Shown here: positions 1 through 11,830 of the stretch, piece after piece
How positions within the stretch are numbered: the first letter of the stretch is position 1
Layout of the letters: every line of letters starts with the position of its first letter
Source: Nemertoderma westbladi
Taxonomy: Eukaryota; Animalia; Xenacoelomorpha
Assembly: GCA_032718475.1 (NCBI GenBank)
Contig: JAUCBJ010006879.1
Coordinates: 1 to 50,698, forward strand
Direction: 5' to 3'
DNA: 50,698 nt
Notes under the pieces: model-generated
Seen by the model: the letters and a program-made list of their open reading frames with translations, nothing else
Told to the model about the DNA's origin: nothing
The model's database searches: none
Position numbers and translations under genes: made by a program

Positions 1-61
1 GTACTACCTACCTACTGTTACTTACATCATTATAATTATAATAATAATTGTTATTATCTAA

Positions 62-1120
62 ATGGCATCAAGAAATATGAATGATATTCATACCCACAAT
101 CATTATGAAGCCCTGTCGGACTCTATAGATGGAACTAGAATAGAAATAGAAGACGAGCGGGTGCTGGTAAATGAAAACATCCAACACGTAGATTCTATGC
201 TTGCAAATCTACCAGCGATCATTGATGAACGGATTCGAAAATCACTACATGGAACTACTGAGTCAAGCAATATTGATGATTCGGTCCTCATAGAACGGGT
301 TTCACAGGAGGTCTACTGCGGTGTCAACATGGATGTATACGCTCTTCGGAACGAACTCGAGAAGTCACTGATTAGACTGGACCAATTCTCCCAACGCATC
401 GATCGTACTGATGCGTCGCTGGACGATCTGGAACAGTATTCGAGACGGAACTGTCTGCTGATTCATGGATTCGCTGTCCAAGATAACCGGGGTGATATGG
501 ATGCGACAGCAAAGGAGATACTCGCTTTTCTACAGAGTAAACTGGATGTTGATTTGTGTCTTGCTGACATCGATCGTTGCCACAATATAAAGCCGCGTAT
601 AAATGGAGATTCGGAACAAAAACTGTCAATCATTAAATTCACTAACTATCGTGCCAAAGCAAAGGTCCTACAGAAACGCAAGAGCCTCAAAGGAACCAAG
701 GTTTTTATTTCGGAAAGCCTCACCAAACGTCGTGCTGCACTACTGAAGGAAGCCAAGGCGAAGGGTGGTATGCGTTCTGCTTGGTCAGTCGACGGCCGAA
801 TCCTGGTATCAACTTCCTCGGGATCAATTCTTACCATCACCTCGAGGAAAGATATTGATCACTGGACCCCGAGTTCCACCACGTCACCTTCCACTGTTGG
901 TAAATCAACGAAGTCTGTGGCGTCGGCTAAATCTGAGAATAAGTCTTCGTCTGGTTCTAAATCGAAGTCGGCTCCTAAGACGCAGTCTACTACAAGGATG
1001 GAAACAAAGTCTGACACTAACCGTAAGTCGACTGCAGCATCTAAATCGAAGAAGAAGATAACTAAAGCTCTGAGTAGTAGCACTATTACGGTGTCTACTT
1101 CAACCCCTGACAGGGAATAA
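62..1120 (+). CDS. LINE ORF1p (coiled coil + RRM/L1-transposase-like domain, basic S/T/K-rich tail)
   Basis: Motifs LDDLEQYSRRNCLLIHG, IDRCH, VFISESLTKRR and AWSVDGRILV are typical of CR1/L2 ORF1 proteins. Confidence 0.9.
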   Translation: MASRNMNDIHTHNHYEALSDSIDGTRIEIEDERVLVNENIQHVDSMLANLPAIIDERIRKSLHGTTESSNIDDSVLIERVSQEVYCGVNMDVYALRNELEKSLIRLDQFSQRIDRTDASLDDLEQYSRRNCLLIHGFAVQDNRGDMDATAKEILAFLQSKLDVDLCLADIDRCHNIKPRINGDSEQKLSIIKFTNYRAKAKVLQKRKSLKGTKVFISESLTKRRAALLKEAKAKGGMRSAWSVDGRILVSTSSGSILTITSRKDIDHWTPSSTTSPSTVGKSTKSVASAKSENKSSSGSKSKSAPKTQSTTRMETKSDTNRKSTAASKSKKKITKALSSSTITVSTSTPDRE

Positions 1121-1193
1121 GTGTAGTTAATACCTGTCTGTATGGTATTAGTAGTGAAAGTTTTAATTTCATAATTATATAGTCTAGTTAATT

Positions 1194-4100
1194 ATGGCTG
1201 TCCCAAGTATCAAAGTACCCAAATTATCTATTAATCATCCAATCAAATATCCCTGTAAGGCTTGTCGCACTGCTGTTAAAACAAACCAATCTGCTATATT
1301 TTGTGAAATATGTGAGTGCTGGGTACATTCAAAGTGTATTAGACCTTCTCTACAACGCGGTGATTATCGTTACTTCCAAAATTCAGTCCTCCCATGGTTT
1401 TGCCCTGAATGCATTGCATCAAATCTACCATTTATGAATATTGTAGATGACGATGAATTTATTTTCACTATAATTGACTACCGAATTCCGGACACCATAG
1501 ATATTTCTGCTTTAAACTCAACTTTTTTCGAACCTTATAATTTAAAAGCCGTTGGAAATAACGACTTCGACACAGAATTCAACCCTGATGTGCATTTATA
1601 TTCTGATTTTTCTGACATCAAAAATTGTACATACTACTTTTCAGATGATTTCAATGAAAAATTCAATAACGAAAATTTATATGATTTGTCTTTACTTCAC
1701 CTAAATTCAAGGAGCCTACCAGGCAACTTTGAGAACATATCTGCATATATAAAACAACAAATATCAATAAAATTTGATGCTATAGGAATTAGTGAGACAT
1801 GGCTAAATGCAGATAGGCATATAATCGACAATTATAATTTGGAAGGATATAATTTTTTTCAAAAAAATAGGGAAACAAAGTTGGGTGGGGGAGTTGGTCT
1901 TTACATTAAAGACACAATATCAGCTATACCACGTGATGACCTTTCCAAGCTTCCGAGTAATGGAAATGGATTGGATTCACTATTTATAGAAATTCCACAA
2001 GAGAAAAGTAAAAATATCTTAATTGGTGTCATTTATCGACCCCCTGATCATTGCATTCAGGACAGCATCACATCACTAAACATCATATTACAAAAAATTA
2101 CAGACGAGGGCAAAATTTGTTACCTTATGGGGGATTATAATATGGACCTCCTTAAGGTAGAACAGCATGCACCAACAAGTGATTTTTTTAATTTAATGAC
2201 TTCTCATTGTTTTCACCCAACCATTTCTAAACCAACCCGTATCACTGACACAACTGCTACCTTAATTGATAACATATTTGTAAACACGCTTCCTACTTCT
2301 CTCGACTCTGGTATTTTTATATGTAATTTAACAGATCACCTACCCATATTTCTCCTCAGTAAATTTAACAGCAAACTTAGTAAGAGAGACATTAAAAAAT
2401 TTGTATTACAGAGGCAATATTCTGAAAAAAACAGTACAATTTTTAATGAGAAACTCTCTAGCTTTGACTGGAATACCATGTTGCTGCTAGCTAGTGACCA
2501 TGACAATGCAAATGATATGTACAATAAATTTGTAGCAATTTACTCAAAAATATATAATGAGTGCTTTCCAATCAAACGAATAAAATTAGCAAATCCCAAA
2601 ACACCATGGATACCGCATAATATATTAAAATGTATCAAGAAAAAAGACAGATTTTACCACGATTACCTCATCCATAAAAATGAAAAAGCCAAAGAAAAAT
2701 TTGTGAAATATCGCGATGCACTGAAGACAATCATTCGAAGGTCTAAAATTAATTATTTTAATAACGCCATGGACAGTAAAACTCGAACAGTGAAACAAAT
2801 ATGGCAATCTATAAATCAACTAATTAACCGCAAAGTCAACAAAACATCTGGGCCGACTTTAATTCATCATGATTCCCGTACTGCCACGGAACCCAAAACG
2901 ATTGCTACCTCCATGAATCAGTATTATTCTCGTGTAGCTTTTAATCTTGACAAAGAGATACCAATAGTCGAAGGTAATCCCATTGATTATTTATCACCAA
3001 TTAAATTTCCCAATTATCATCTAGATGAATTTAATAGTGTTTCATGTTCTGATATTAAAACAATAGTTTTGGATTTTGATTCAAAGGCCAGCCCCGGTCA
3101 TGATGGTATCCGTGGTAAAATTGTCCAGAACTCATTACAGCCGATCCTATTACCTCTAACATATATTATTAATTGCTCTCTCCGCACCGGTATTGTACCA
3201 GACAGTCTGAAAATTGCACGAGTTGTTCCAATTTTTAAATGTGATGACCCCACGATTCCTAAAAACTATAGACCAATATCGGTCTTACCATTCTTCTCTA
3301 AGATTTTCGAAAAAGTTGTTGCTAACCAACTTCTAAAATATGTCACCCACCAGGTAATTATATCGCCATCACAATTTGGGTTTCAGGCAAACATATCAAC
3401 GCAATTAGCATTATTAACACTTGTAGACAAAATTACATCATCCCTTGAAAAGAAACAATCAACATTAGCACTCTCAATAGACCTATCAAAGGCATTTGAC
3501 ACGGTTAACCATGCAATTCTATTAAGCAAAATGGAACACTATGGAATAAAAGGTGTTGCATTGGAATGGTTCCAAAGTTACTTGTTCCAACGTAACAATA
3601 TGTAGCCATTGACAATATTTGTTCCGAACAAAAAATTATCCAGTGCGGGGTGCCCAGGGGTCCATTCTAGGTCCTCTGCTTTTCCTCCTATACTGCAACG
3701 ACATAACCAATGTCTCCAAAATATTTAGTTTTGTTTTATTTGCGGACGACACCAGCATAGTTAACTCTAGTAATAATATTGATAACCTGATTGCCAGTAC
3801 GAACTCTGAAGTACAAAATCTCCAAAAATGGTTTTGTGTCAATCGCCTATCCTTGAATATCAGCAAAACAAACTATATTATCTTCAATACAAGCAACCGG
3901 ATCATCAGTCCATCAACTCCAATTCACATTAATAACATTGACATTACTCGAGTAAAGGTGGCCAAATTCCTTGGTGTACACATAGATGAGCGACTAAACT
4001 GGAAGTACCATCTACACCAAATAAGTATGAAGATTAGTAAAAATATAGGTGTTATAAACAAGGTAAAATCATTTATGACTACAGAATCTTTAGCAGCTCT

Positions 4101-4653
4101 ATACTACGCAATGGTCCATCCATACTTAAGTTACTGTACGGTAGTTTGGGGTAAATCAATAACGGACAATACTGAACAACTAGTACCCAGTTACACCAGA
4201 TCAAAATTTAGACATAGAAGGAGGAGGAGGCGAAAAGTTTATGATGTTGTTTCAATAACAAACATTTTTAAATTGCACAAACACCAACAGAAAATTATTT
4301 CAATAATTCAACATCGCGATCTTAATTTTTCACCACCTACACTTAATCACATTTTTACTCAACAAGTAGCTATCCTCTCCTTTAAGTCTATCCGTAATAT
4401 AACCCCCCATGGGATATTGCCCGACCTATTAACACCCGTTTCAAATGTACACACCCATGAGACAAGATCCTCACAATCTCAAAATGCGTTCCGTCTACGA
4501 AATAGGCTAAAAATCCGAACTCAATCTATTTACGCCCTAGCACCAGTAATTTGGAATGGTCTACCTCTTGCAGTGCGACAGTCTAGCGGATTATTACAAT
4601 TTAAGTACAAATTAAATAATTTCTTAAGGGGTACTACTATAACTACAACGTAA
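1194..4653 (+). CDS. LINE ORF2p (PHD finger, APE endonuclease, reverse transcriptase) with two 1-nt frameshifts near 3595 and 3655
   Basis: [25 protein letters not shown]; APE HLNSRSL, GISETW, GDYN, IDNIF, TDHLP; RT NYRPIS, DLSKAFD, QGSILGP, FADD. Adding one base at each site restores [26 protein letters not shown]. Confidence 0.9.
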
Positions 4654-5480
4654 GTATCAATTTCACTTGTTTTCTATAATTATTTCGCTAGTTATTGTTA
4701 TCATTTAGTTATTATAATTTTCACTTGTTTTCTATATTCTGCTAGTTATTGTTATTCTATGTATCAATAATAAATTTAAACATATTAATGTACGTATTAT
4801 AATTAGTTTTGTCGCAACAGTAAGCTTTTTGTAGGCCCATTTTAAGAATTGTATAAGGTTTTTTTTTTCTCTACTGTATGTATATTGTTTGTTTGTTTAA
4901 ACTGGTGTCTGAAATAATGGGATCCTCCGTGCAGGCACCAGCCACGCAAATCTAATCCAATTATTTTAAATTCACAATGTAATTAAATACTATATTATTA
5001 ATAATAATAGCTTGTTTCTATCAGTTCATATTATTGTGTTGTGCATGCATTATTATATCATTTAATATCAATATTTGTGTGGGAATAGTTTAATAAAAGT
5101 TAAAGTTAAAGTTAAAAAGTTAAGGTGTACCGTGCCAATGACTGAATGATTAGCGGTAACTACTGAACTACCGGTATCTAAACTATTATATTATTATTAC
5201 CGGTACTAGGCTAATTAGGCCTAAACTATAATCACCGCAAGGGTTTCCGGGGCCATGTTTAGATTACATGATATGGCATGTCTGCAGTGTATGGTACCGG
5301 CTGACCTGTATTACAGCCTGACAGTACCGGTACAAATGGTACATGCAGATTGGCAGACAGCCCCTATGTTTTGCAAAATTTGTCAGAAAACCAGCTGATT
5401 TATCCTACAGTAATAATAATTTAACGCATGTTAATTTTGGATAAATAAATATATTATAACTACAATAACAGTTACACTGA

Positions 5481-5706
5481 TGCTGCACGAAGGCCCCACG
5501 CAAATTCTACTTGGAAAATTTTCAAACTTTTGCCAAACAACATGTGTACCAAGTTTGGATAGATTTCATCAAGGATTGGCCGAGTTATTAACGTTTAAAA
5601 TAAAATACTGAAAAAAAACGCGACAGAACGACAGAACGACAGAACGACAGGTTGATTAATGGTACCACTACGCTAAGGCTCTCTCACTTCGTGGCTCGCC
5701 CCACAG
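5481..5706. mobile_element. Helentron/HINE-like remnant related to the element at 26757-27400
   Basis: TGCTGCACGAAGGCCCCACG (5481-5500) and GTGGCTCGCCCCACA (~5691-5705) resemble the termini of the 26.7-27.4 kb element. Also an (ACAGAACG)n microsatellite and a TGTACCAAGTTTGG motif. Confidence 0.5.
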
Positions 5707-5715
5707 AGTTGTAGA

Positions 5716-7290
5716 AATCATTTCCCCACCGTATTAATAGTCAAATCGTCTGGGGATCTATAGGAGATCCCGTTAGGAGATTTAGCTGTGCTGAGATCGC
5801 CGAGCCGAGCATTAATGTCCCTCGCAATAATAAATTGTTGCCAATCAGAGCTGCCGAGTATCTTTGCTTGTATCCTCCCCCATACTTTCATTGAGTAGAA
5901 CCGCGAATCGGATGGTGGGCTATAAATACATGCGAACATAATACATGGGTACAAGTGCCACAGTAACCATATGATATCATCTTTTGTTTCTATGGAAACC
6001 CCTTGAAGAATAAATACGATGACGAACCAGTACAGTGACCCCTCCTCGATGGGAATTCTTACAGGGCGGTGGTCTTAGAACAACATAACCAGGTACTGCG
6101 AACCTATAAGAATTTTTAATTTCCTGAATAAAAATGAGGTCATATTGCATAAATAAAACTGACACGTGCTTGAGGGTATTGCTTGAGTGGTATTTCTCGC
6201 CAAACCCATCAGAGTTCTAAGATAATAAGTTTAATTCCACACAGTTACTGCGGCGGCAATCTAAAAAGACGGATTAAATGAATCAATAACGATCCCATCC
6301 CTTACAACGGATCTCGACTCTGGGTCATAGATAATGTTACTTCCAACATTTTCTGGTTTATCAGCCTCTGTTTTAGCAATACCCTGTAATTGTTTGATCT
6401 CGATACGAATACCCAGGTGCATATCAGGTTTGATAAAGACCCTTTTTAACTCTTTGTTATCCTTTAACCTCTTCGATTGTTGGAGTATCTCTCTTCTATC
6501 ACAGGCAGTTGGACCCAACGCTATAAGGAGTGGCCGAGGTCGGTGTGTACCTGGATTCTGCTTTCCCAGGCGGCGGGTAGTGAAGTCTTGTACGGATTCC
6601 AAATCAATCTCCTTGAGAATCGCATTGCACTTATCTCTATTGGACGTCGCGTTAAGCAATGATTCCGATTCGCTGACTCCTAAAAGAATCACATTGCGTG
6701 CTCGCAAAGACCTGTCGATAGACTCGCAAAATCTTTGCTGGTTGGTACAGGTTTTCTTCAGCACAGCGTTTTCCTGCTCGAGAATGTCGATGCGCTCCTC
6801 CAACACCGTAACCCATTGGTTCATAGCAGCATCAACACTAGAAGCTATAATATCTTTAAGTTGTGAGATTGATAGAGTACCGATAGATGCACTATCAGTG
6901 TTTGGTTGTTGATGTATGGGGAAGGATGTAGGAATACTGGTTGACCTTGGACCAAGGAAAAGTTGTTGGGAAGATGTGCCTACAAGTCCTGTAAGGTGCG
7001 GTTGTGATGGAGTAAAATATGGTCTGGTACCGGTAACAGTACCGGTGTTGCGTGCCGACACCACCGCCATCCAGAGTTGGACTTCCTGCGGTATTGGTTC
7101 CTGGAACAGTGACAGCACAGGAATTACAATTGCCACCATTACGCAGCTTCTGTTGAAATCCGCCACAGGATTTGCATTTGCCCAAACCAAATACGAAATC
7201 AATGTAAAAATTACTTTAAAAATATTACTAAAAACAGCAGAATTCAGAAGTGGTATTACAGTAATCTGAACCGATTTGGCTTCCATTCCT
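5716..7290 (-). mobile_element. Degenerate LINE: ORF1 plus the start of ORF2 (APE), 3'-truncated
   Basis: ORF1-like RARNVILLGVSE, RRLGK..RPRPL, VFIKPD. An N-terminal CxxC..CxxC (MGKCKSC...CNSC, from 7185) lies in another frame. APE fragments DLIFIQE, HRGGVTVLV, CIYSPPSDS, RDINAR. No RT present. Confidence 0.82.
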
Positions 7291-7369
7291 ATTTCTATAT
7301 ATTTAGTAGGTCATGATTGCACCAGTAAAAAATTGGTGTTAAAAAATGGTTTAATTATTACACAAATCC

Positions 7370-7432
7370 GCTAGTGGAATATGGTTAGAGCGTCAGACAT
7401 CTTACCTGGAGTTACCAGTTCGATCCCACCTG
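7370..7432 (+). mobile_element. tRNA-derived SINE head remnant
   Basis: A-box-like TGGTTAGAGCG and B-box-like GTTCGATCCC at tRNA spacing; no intact cloverleaf. Confidence 0.4.
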
Positions 7433-7717
7433 TCATTGCGCAGTAATATGAAACCACTCATTCTCCCAAAATGCCAATAATAAATTATTATTATAATTTG
7501 TAAGAAAATTACATATTGTGAATGATTTAATGAGCCATTCGCAATTTCACTGTTCCGGGGTTTTATACTTATTAGCATGCATGGATTTAGCTTTAGTTTG
7601 TACATGCTGTTATTAATGCTGCAGTGATTATTATAAATTAATTGTGTGTACTATATGTACTACTAATATACTATTTAAGAATAATGTATACAGAATTATA
7701 TTATGCTATTATTATTT

Positions 7718-7858
7718 TGATGTAATGTAAATGGTTTTGTTCAGAAGCGGAAAAAATGAGAAAGCTCGTCGTCAGGGGTTGAACCAGCGCTATACATACG
7801 TTTCGGCCTAACAGGCCTAATCATCAGCTTCTGAACAAAACCATTTACATAACATCAT
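7718..7858 (-). ncRNA. Degenerate Penelope-type hammerhead-like motif inside a ~30-bp inverted repeat
   Basis: Minus strand reads GTTCAGAAG-CTGATGA-tta-GGCC-tgtta-GGCC-GAAAC and is closed by a long inverted repeat (7718-7748 / 7827-7858). The cleavage triplet is not canonical. Confidence 0.45.
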
Positions 7859-7926
7859 TAATTACAGTTGCAACAGCTCTTCTCCAATTTATGTAATTAT
7901 TATTTTGAACATTATGTTATTTACAG

Positions 7927-8035
7927 ACAGCCTTTGCAGAGAACGCCGAAGGAGGACAGCTGTATGCAGGCTGTGATCGTTATAAGAGATGCAACAGTTT
8001 CGGTGGGGAACTGATCTCAAACTGTCAATCTATAG
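7927..8035 (+). CDS. Exon A of Ly6/uPAR-like chimeric gene (TAFAENAEGGQLYAGCDRYKRCNSFGGELISNCQSI)
   Basis: ttacag acceptor and gtaag donor; open frame with an xGC-x5-C three-finger cysteine pattern; ends in phase 1. Upstream exons were not found in the window. Confidence 0.75.
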
Positions 8036-8280
8036 GTAAGAGGAAGGTAATAGGTTGTACACACAAACCAAATTTTATATTAAAATGTAACTTTTTAATG
8101 AAATGTAAGAGGTCTCAGGCAAAATTTTGTAGGGGGGGGGGGGGGGGGGGGGTGCCCTGCGCATGGTGATGCTGCGACGCCACTGCCTCTAACTATAAAC
8201 CGTAATACTTCTCAACGAAAAATGTATTTTTGTAATCGCGAATTATGAGTCCGCCTAGTTTTATATTAATAATTATTTAG

Positions 8281-8472
8281 GAGAAACATTCCCACTCGCC
8301 TGTGGACCAACTTCAATAGCGGATACTGCACTTCTTATGACCAAGTTGGCGACCATTGACGAGATAGTAACCTCCACCACAGAAAACAAAATTGGTCTTC
8401 TTAAGACCAGACTCGTTCCTTTTACTAAACAAACACTTACACTGGCAGACAACAAGGACGTTTACAATGCAG
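8281..8472 (+). CDS. Exon B of Ly6/uPAR-like chimeric gene (helical repeat 1)
   Basis: tttag acceptor, gtaag donor, 192 nt, phase 1-1; GETFPLACGPTSIADTALLMTKLATIDEIVTSTTENKIGLLKTRL...KDVYNA. Confidence 0.82.
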
Positions 8473-9262
8473 GTAAGTAAGAAATTGCATGTCTCTATAT
8501 AATAAGCCAGTAAAGGTGAAGTTCAGCACACCAAACAAAGAGAAATAATATATGATAATGTTAGCTTTCTGAATATAATATAGTCCATCTTTAGGCTATC
8601 AAATAATATAACATAGAATTACAATAGTAGTCTAGGCTATATTTTATAATACTAACTAACAATTTACATTTAAATTTCCCGCCAAAGTGAAATATATAGA
8701 AATAATATTATACGATATAGTAGTGAATAAGAAAATAAATTTTTTTAACTGGTCCAGGAATGGTAAATTAACAGAAATTGTAATAAATACTTATGGAAAA
8801 TGAATTAAAACGGGCCGTGTGAAGTAAATATGTAACGTAACTGTTAAAGAATTTCCGCTGAAGTGCATTATTATTAATCACATGCTATATTTCATAAAGT
8901 TGACAATCGCAAGGAATCCCATAATAACATAGGAACGTTGTAGTAAGTGGTTGTTTGACCATCTTTATTTATATTAACTTTACCTCAACTTTCTCAAAAT
9001 GTTATTTTCACATAAATTATTTCTCAAACTTGTGGGGCAGCAAAATATATATAATATACTCCACCTCGCTATAATTTAGGCAGTACTATACCAAGGTGCA
9101 CCAATTTGTCGTCCATATTCTACTGATATTAAATTTAAATATATATTTGATTGGTTACGATTTAATTCAGCACCAAAAAATCACCTTATCCATCAAATAA
9201 ATTAACCTTTCCACCAAATATTTCTTATTTAGCTCTAATTAGGTAGAACTAACCTTCGGCAA

Positions 9263-9363
9263 TCGAAAATCTAGACAAAAGGTGTCTTAACCTTAAAACC
9301 TAACTGGAAAACTGGTTTCCAGTTAGGTTTAGGGTTGAAGACACTTTTTGTCTAGAGTTTCGA
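9263..9363. repeat. ~100-bp near-perfect palindrome (MITE-like), intronic
   Basis: TCGAAAATCTAGACAAAAGGTGTCTTAACCTTAAAACCTAACTGGAAA is mirrored across a ~5-nt spacer, within a larger region of inverted ACCAAA/TTTGGT repeats (~9170-9460). Confidence 0.75.
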
Positions 9364-9616
9364 CAGGGCGACACTACCCAGGGCCATAGACAGACCTTCT
9401 ATCATTTGGTGGTAAAGTGAGCCGTTTTTGGTGGAAAGTGAGTTTATTTGGTGCGAAAAGGTATCTAATTAGGTGTGCAAATAATTTGTTGCGTATTTAA
9501 TTTAAATTATTACATAGAGAGTTTCCTCGGTTTGAGGTGTAAAGTTTTGAATAAACATACTTTATATCACTGTTGTTGGTATTTCTATTTCAACCGACAA
9601 CCTTATTTATGTTTAG

Positions 9617-9853
9617 GCGTTTCAATTTCTCTTCTCCTTAATAATGGATGGAAGACGCAAGCAGAATTAGCGGCTTTGGACTTATCAGAGATTACGACAG
9701 CATTGAAAGACAACTTGAAACGAACCAAAGGTTATGGGAGTTCCTACATGGATAGTCTGACGAGTGATGTACCACAACTACTGAGCATCGCGTGTGATGC
9801 ACAGGGCTATGCCTGTACTACAGACACCATGCGAGGGGCACTTGTGGCAGGCG
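9617..9853 (+). CDS. Exon C of Ly6/uPAR-like chimeric gene (helical repeat 2)
   Basis: tttag acceptor, gtaag donor, 237 nt, phase 1-1; GVSISLLLNNGWKTQAELAALDLSEITTALKDNL...LLSIACDAQGYACTTDTMRGALVAG. Confidence 0.85.
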
Positions 9854-10685
9854 GTAAGTATATTAATAATTTAATCTAATCTCATGCATATCTACTACAG
9901 CAAGAAGTACAGCAAACTCTAATAAGATACGATAACTGTAATCTTATTAAGTTTTTGATTATGACTTGGAGTATCAAATTTTATTCGAAAATGGAAAGTT
10001 TAATTAAAAGTAAAGGTAATACTCCTCACAGAAAGTGTGATTCTCGCGGAGAATTCCGCTCCCATATCCCATCATTGGTTAACATTGGACCTCTGCGGAT
10101 AGTGATGTTCGTTCTCATCTTTAAGATAATTAAATTATACCTCTTAGAACTTAAAATTTGTAGAATTTTATCAATGTCTCATGCTGTATATATTTAAAAT
10201 TTAAAAATACTTGAATTACAATGGTTTTCCTTCAATATATCTAAAACTCGTTTATTACTTTGGTACCTTTTCAGTCTACATTTCTTACTATATCCTTTAT
10301 TAAAAATTGTAAATTCCAACATTTTATTTATTCGGTGTTCCAGTTTAGTACCATTGGCTTTGTTTTATGTGCTGCTCGGCTTAATTAATCGGCCCAGGTA
10401 ATCATTCAGTACTATCCCAAATCAAATTCAACATGTCAATCAATAATTATTTGAACTGTTACAGCTTAATTAATAATTAAATTTAAAAAACAAATTATTA
10501 TCTATTGCCTCAATTATAGACACAATATATTTTTTGTATAGTTTCAAAATAATATTTTTTTAATTATATGTAAACAGATATATATAGTGGTATAAAAGTT
10601 GCAGTTATAATGATAGCGTTAATTAATTAATAATATCATTATCATTATTTATTATATATTAATTATTAATTTTGGTTTATCACAG

Positions 10686-10777
10686 GATGGGCAACTGAAC
10701 ATGAACTAAACTATCTGGGGTCTTCCGAACAGAAACCACTCTTGATATCTGAAGTTAAAAAACTTACTAAGACAGCT
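10686..10777 (+). CDS. Exon D of Ly6/uPAR-like chimeric gene (helical repeat 3)
   Basis: cacag acceptor, gttag donor, 92 nt, phase 1-0; GWATEHELNYLGSSEQKPLLISEVKKLTKTA. Confidence 0.8.
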
Positions 10778-11183
10778 GTTAGTTAATTACAATGATGTGA
10801 TAATGACCAAAATCTAAAAAATAGTTTAAAATTTTAATATATTTAAAAAAATTCACAATAAACATAAAAAATAGTATAGCGGATTTAACGAATATTTTAT
10901 ATACTTTTAACTTTTTAAAATATACGTTGAAATAATAAATAATTGTATATTCAGCATGTGAAATGTTATTATTTATTATAACTAATAAGTTATGTGTTAC
11001 TATTGAATTATGAATTGAATATTGTAACATCTGTTATTTAGAAAATAACAAAGTTCTTTATTTAATCCCAGTCCACGAGGTCGGTATACTCACTCATACC
11101 ACGATCCTTTATCACGACCTGCTGATGATACGGTCTGATGATACAGACTTCCTGGTTTACCATTCACCAAGCCCGAATTATTT

Positions 11184-11482
11184 CATTGACAGTATCATCC
11201 CTGCAGTATCCTCTAGTCCCAAACCACTTCACCATTTGGATCTCGACCCCCTAAGACAGTGAGTGATCTGTAGCCCCAATAATGTGCCCTTACCCATCCC
11301 ATAACCTCCCCATATTCTTTGCCCTACTTTGTAACCATTTCACCTCTTAGATTCTTTAGGAATCATTTTGCTTCTCTTCCAGCAACACCATCGAGTACAC
11401 CATGGGAGTAAAGGAAGCCCTAAGTTCTTCACAGGCAGTTCTATACTAAAGTGATTTGATTTCTCGGCATACTGCGGCCAAT
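11184..11482 (-). mobile_element. 3' fragment of a CRE/R2-superfamily (restriction-like endonuclease) retrotransposon, intronic
   Basis: Minus-strand translation with frameshifts gives YRTACEELRASFTPMV, DGVAGREAK, EVMGWVRG and CLRGSRSKW, matching the C-terminus of CRE-like elements. Confidence 0.65.
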
Positions 11483-11586
11483 GTATGATTGGGCGGGAGT
11501 TCAATCTATAATTTAGATTAGATAGTTTGAGAATATGAATTTTGTTTTGTATTATAAAGTTAATGCTAATTTACAATCGTTTTTAG

Positions 11587-11830
11587 GTCGACAGCAACAC
11601 TGCTGAAGCCACACTCATTCAAATCGCTTCAGTTGCACTTTTCCTCAATGAATTGGGTATCGCCGCCCCCCAACAACTGTCCACGATGACCAATGACGAA
11701 CAGCGAGATCTACTGAAGACCACGTTGTTGAGTAGACTGACCCTGTCCACTGAGGCTCGAACAGCCCTTGAGGGTGAGGCTACTCCTGACCCCACATACC
11801 TTCTTGCCTTGGCATGTCAGATACGTCCAG
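11587..11830 (+). CDS. Exon E of Ly6/uPAR-like chimeric gene (helical repeat 4)
   Basis: tttag acceptor, gtttg donor, 244 nt, phase 0-1; VDSNTAEATLIQIASVALFLNELGIAAPQQLSTMTNDEQRDLLKTTL...LLALACQIRP. Confidence 0.85.

Larger units (their letters stand above)
62..5123 (+). mobile_element. Near full-length CR1/L2-group non-LTR retrotransposon (LINE)
   Basis: ORF1, then ORF2 (PHD-APE-RT), an AT-rich 3' UTR, and AATAAA followed by a short (GTTAAA)n tail at ~5092-5123. The 5' end may lie at or before the window start. Confidence 0.92.

Noticed and set aside
4902-4960. Stem-loop in the LINE 3' UTR considered as an HDV-like ribozyme
   Set aside because: Only one stem (CTGGTGTCTG/CAGGCACCAG) is evident; P2, P3, P1.1 and P4 could not be built.
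7370-7432. Functional tRNA gene
   Set aside because: No acceptor stem or anticodon arm pairing; only Pol III box-like motifs remain.
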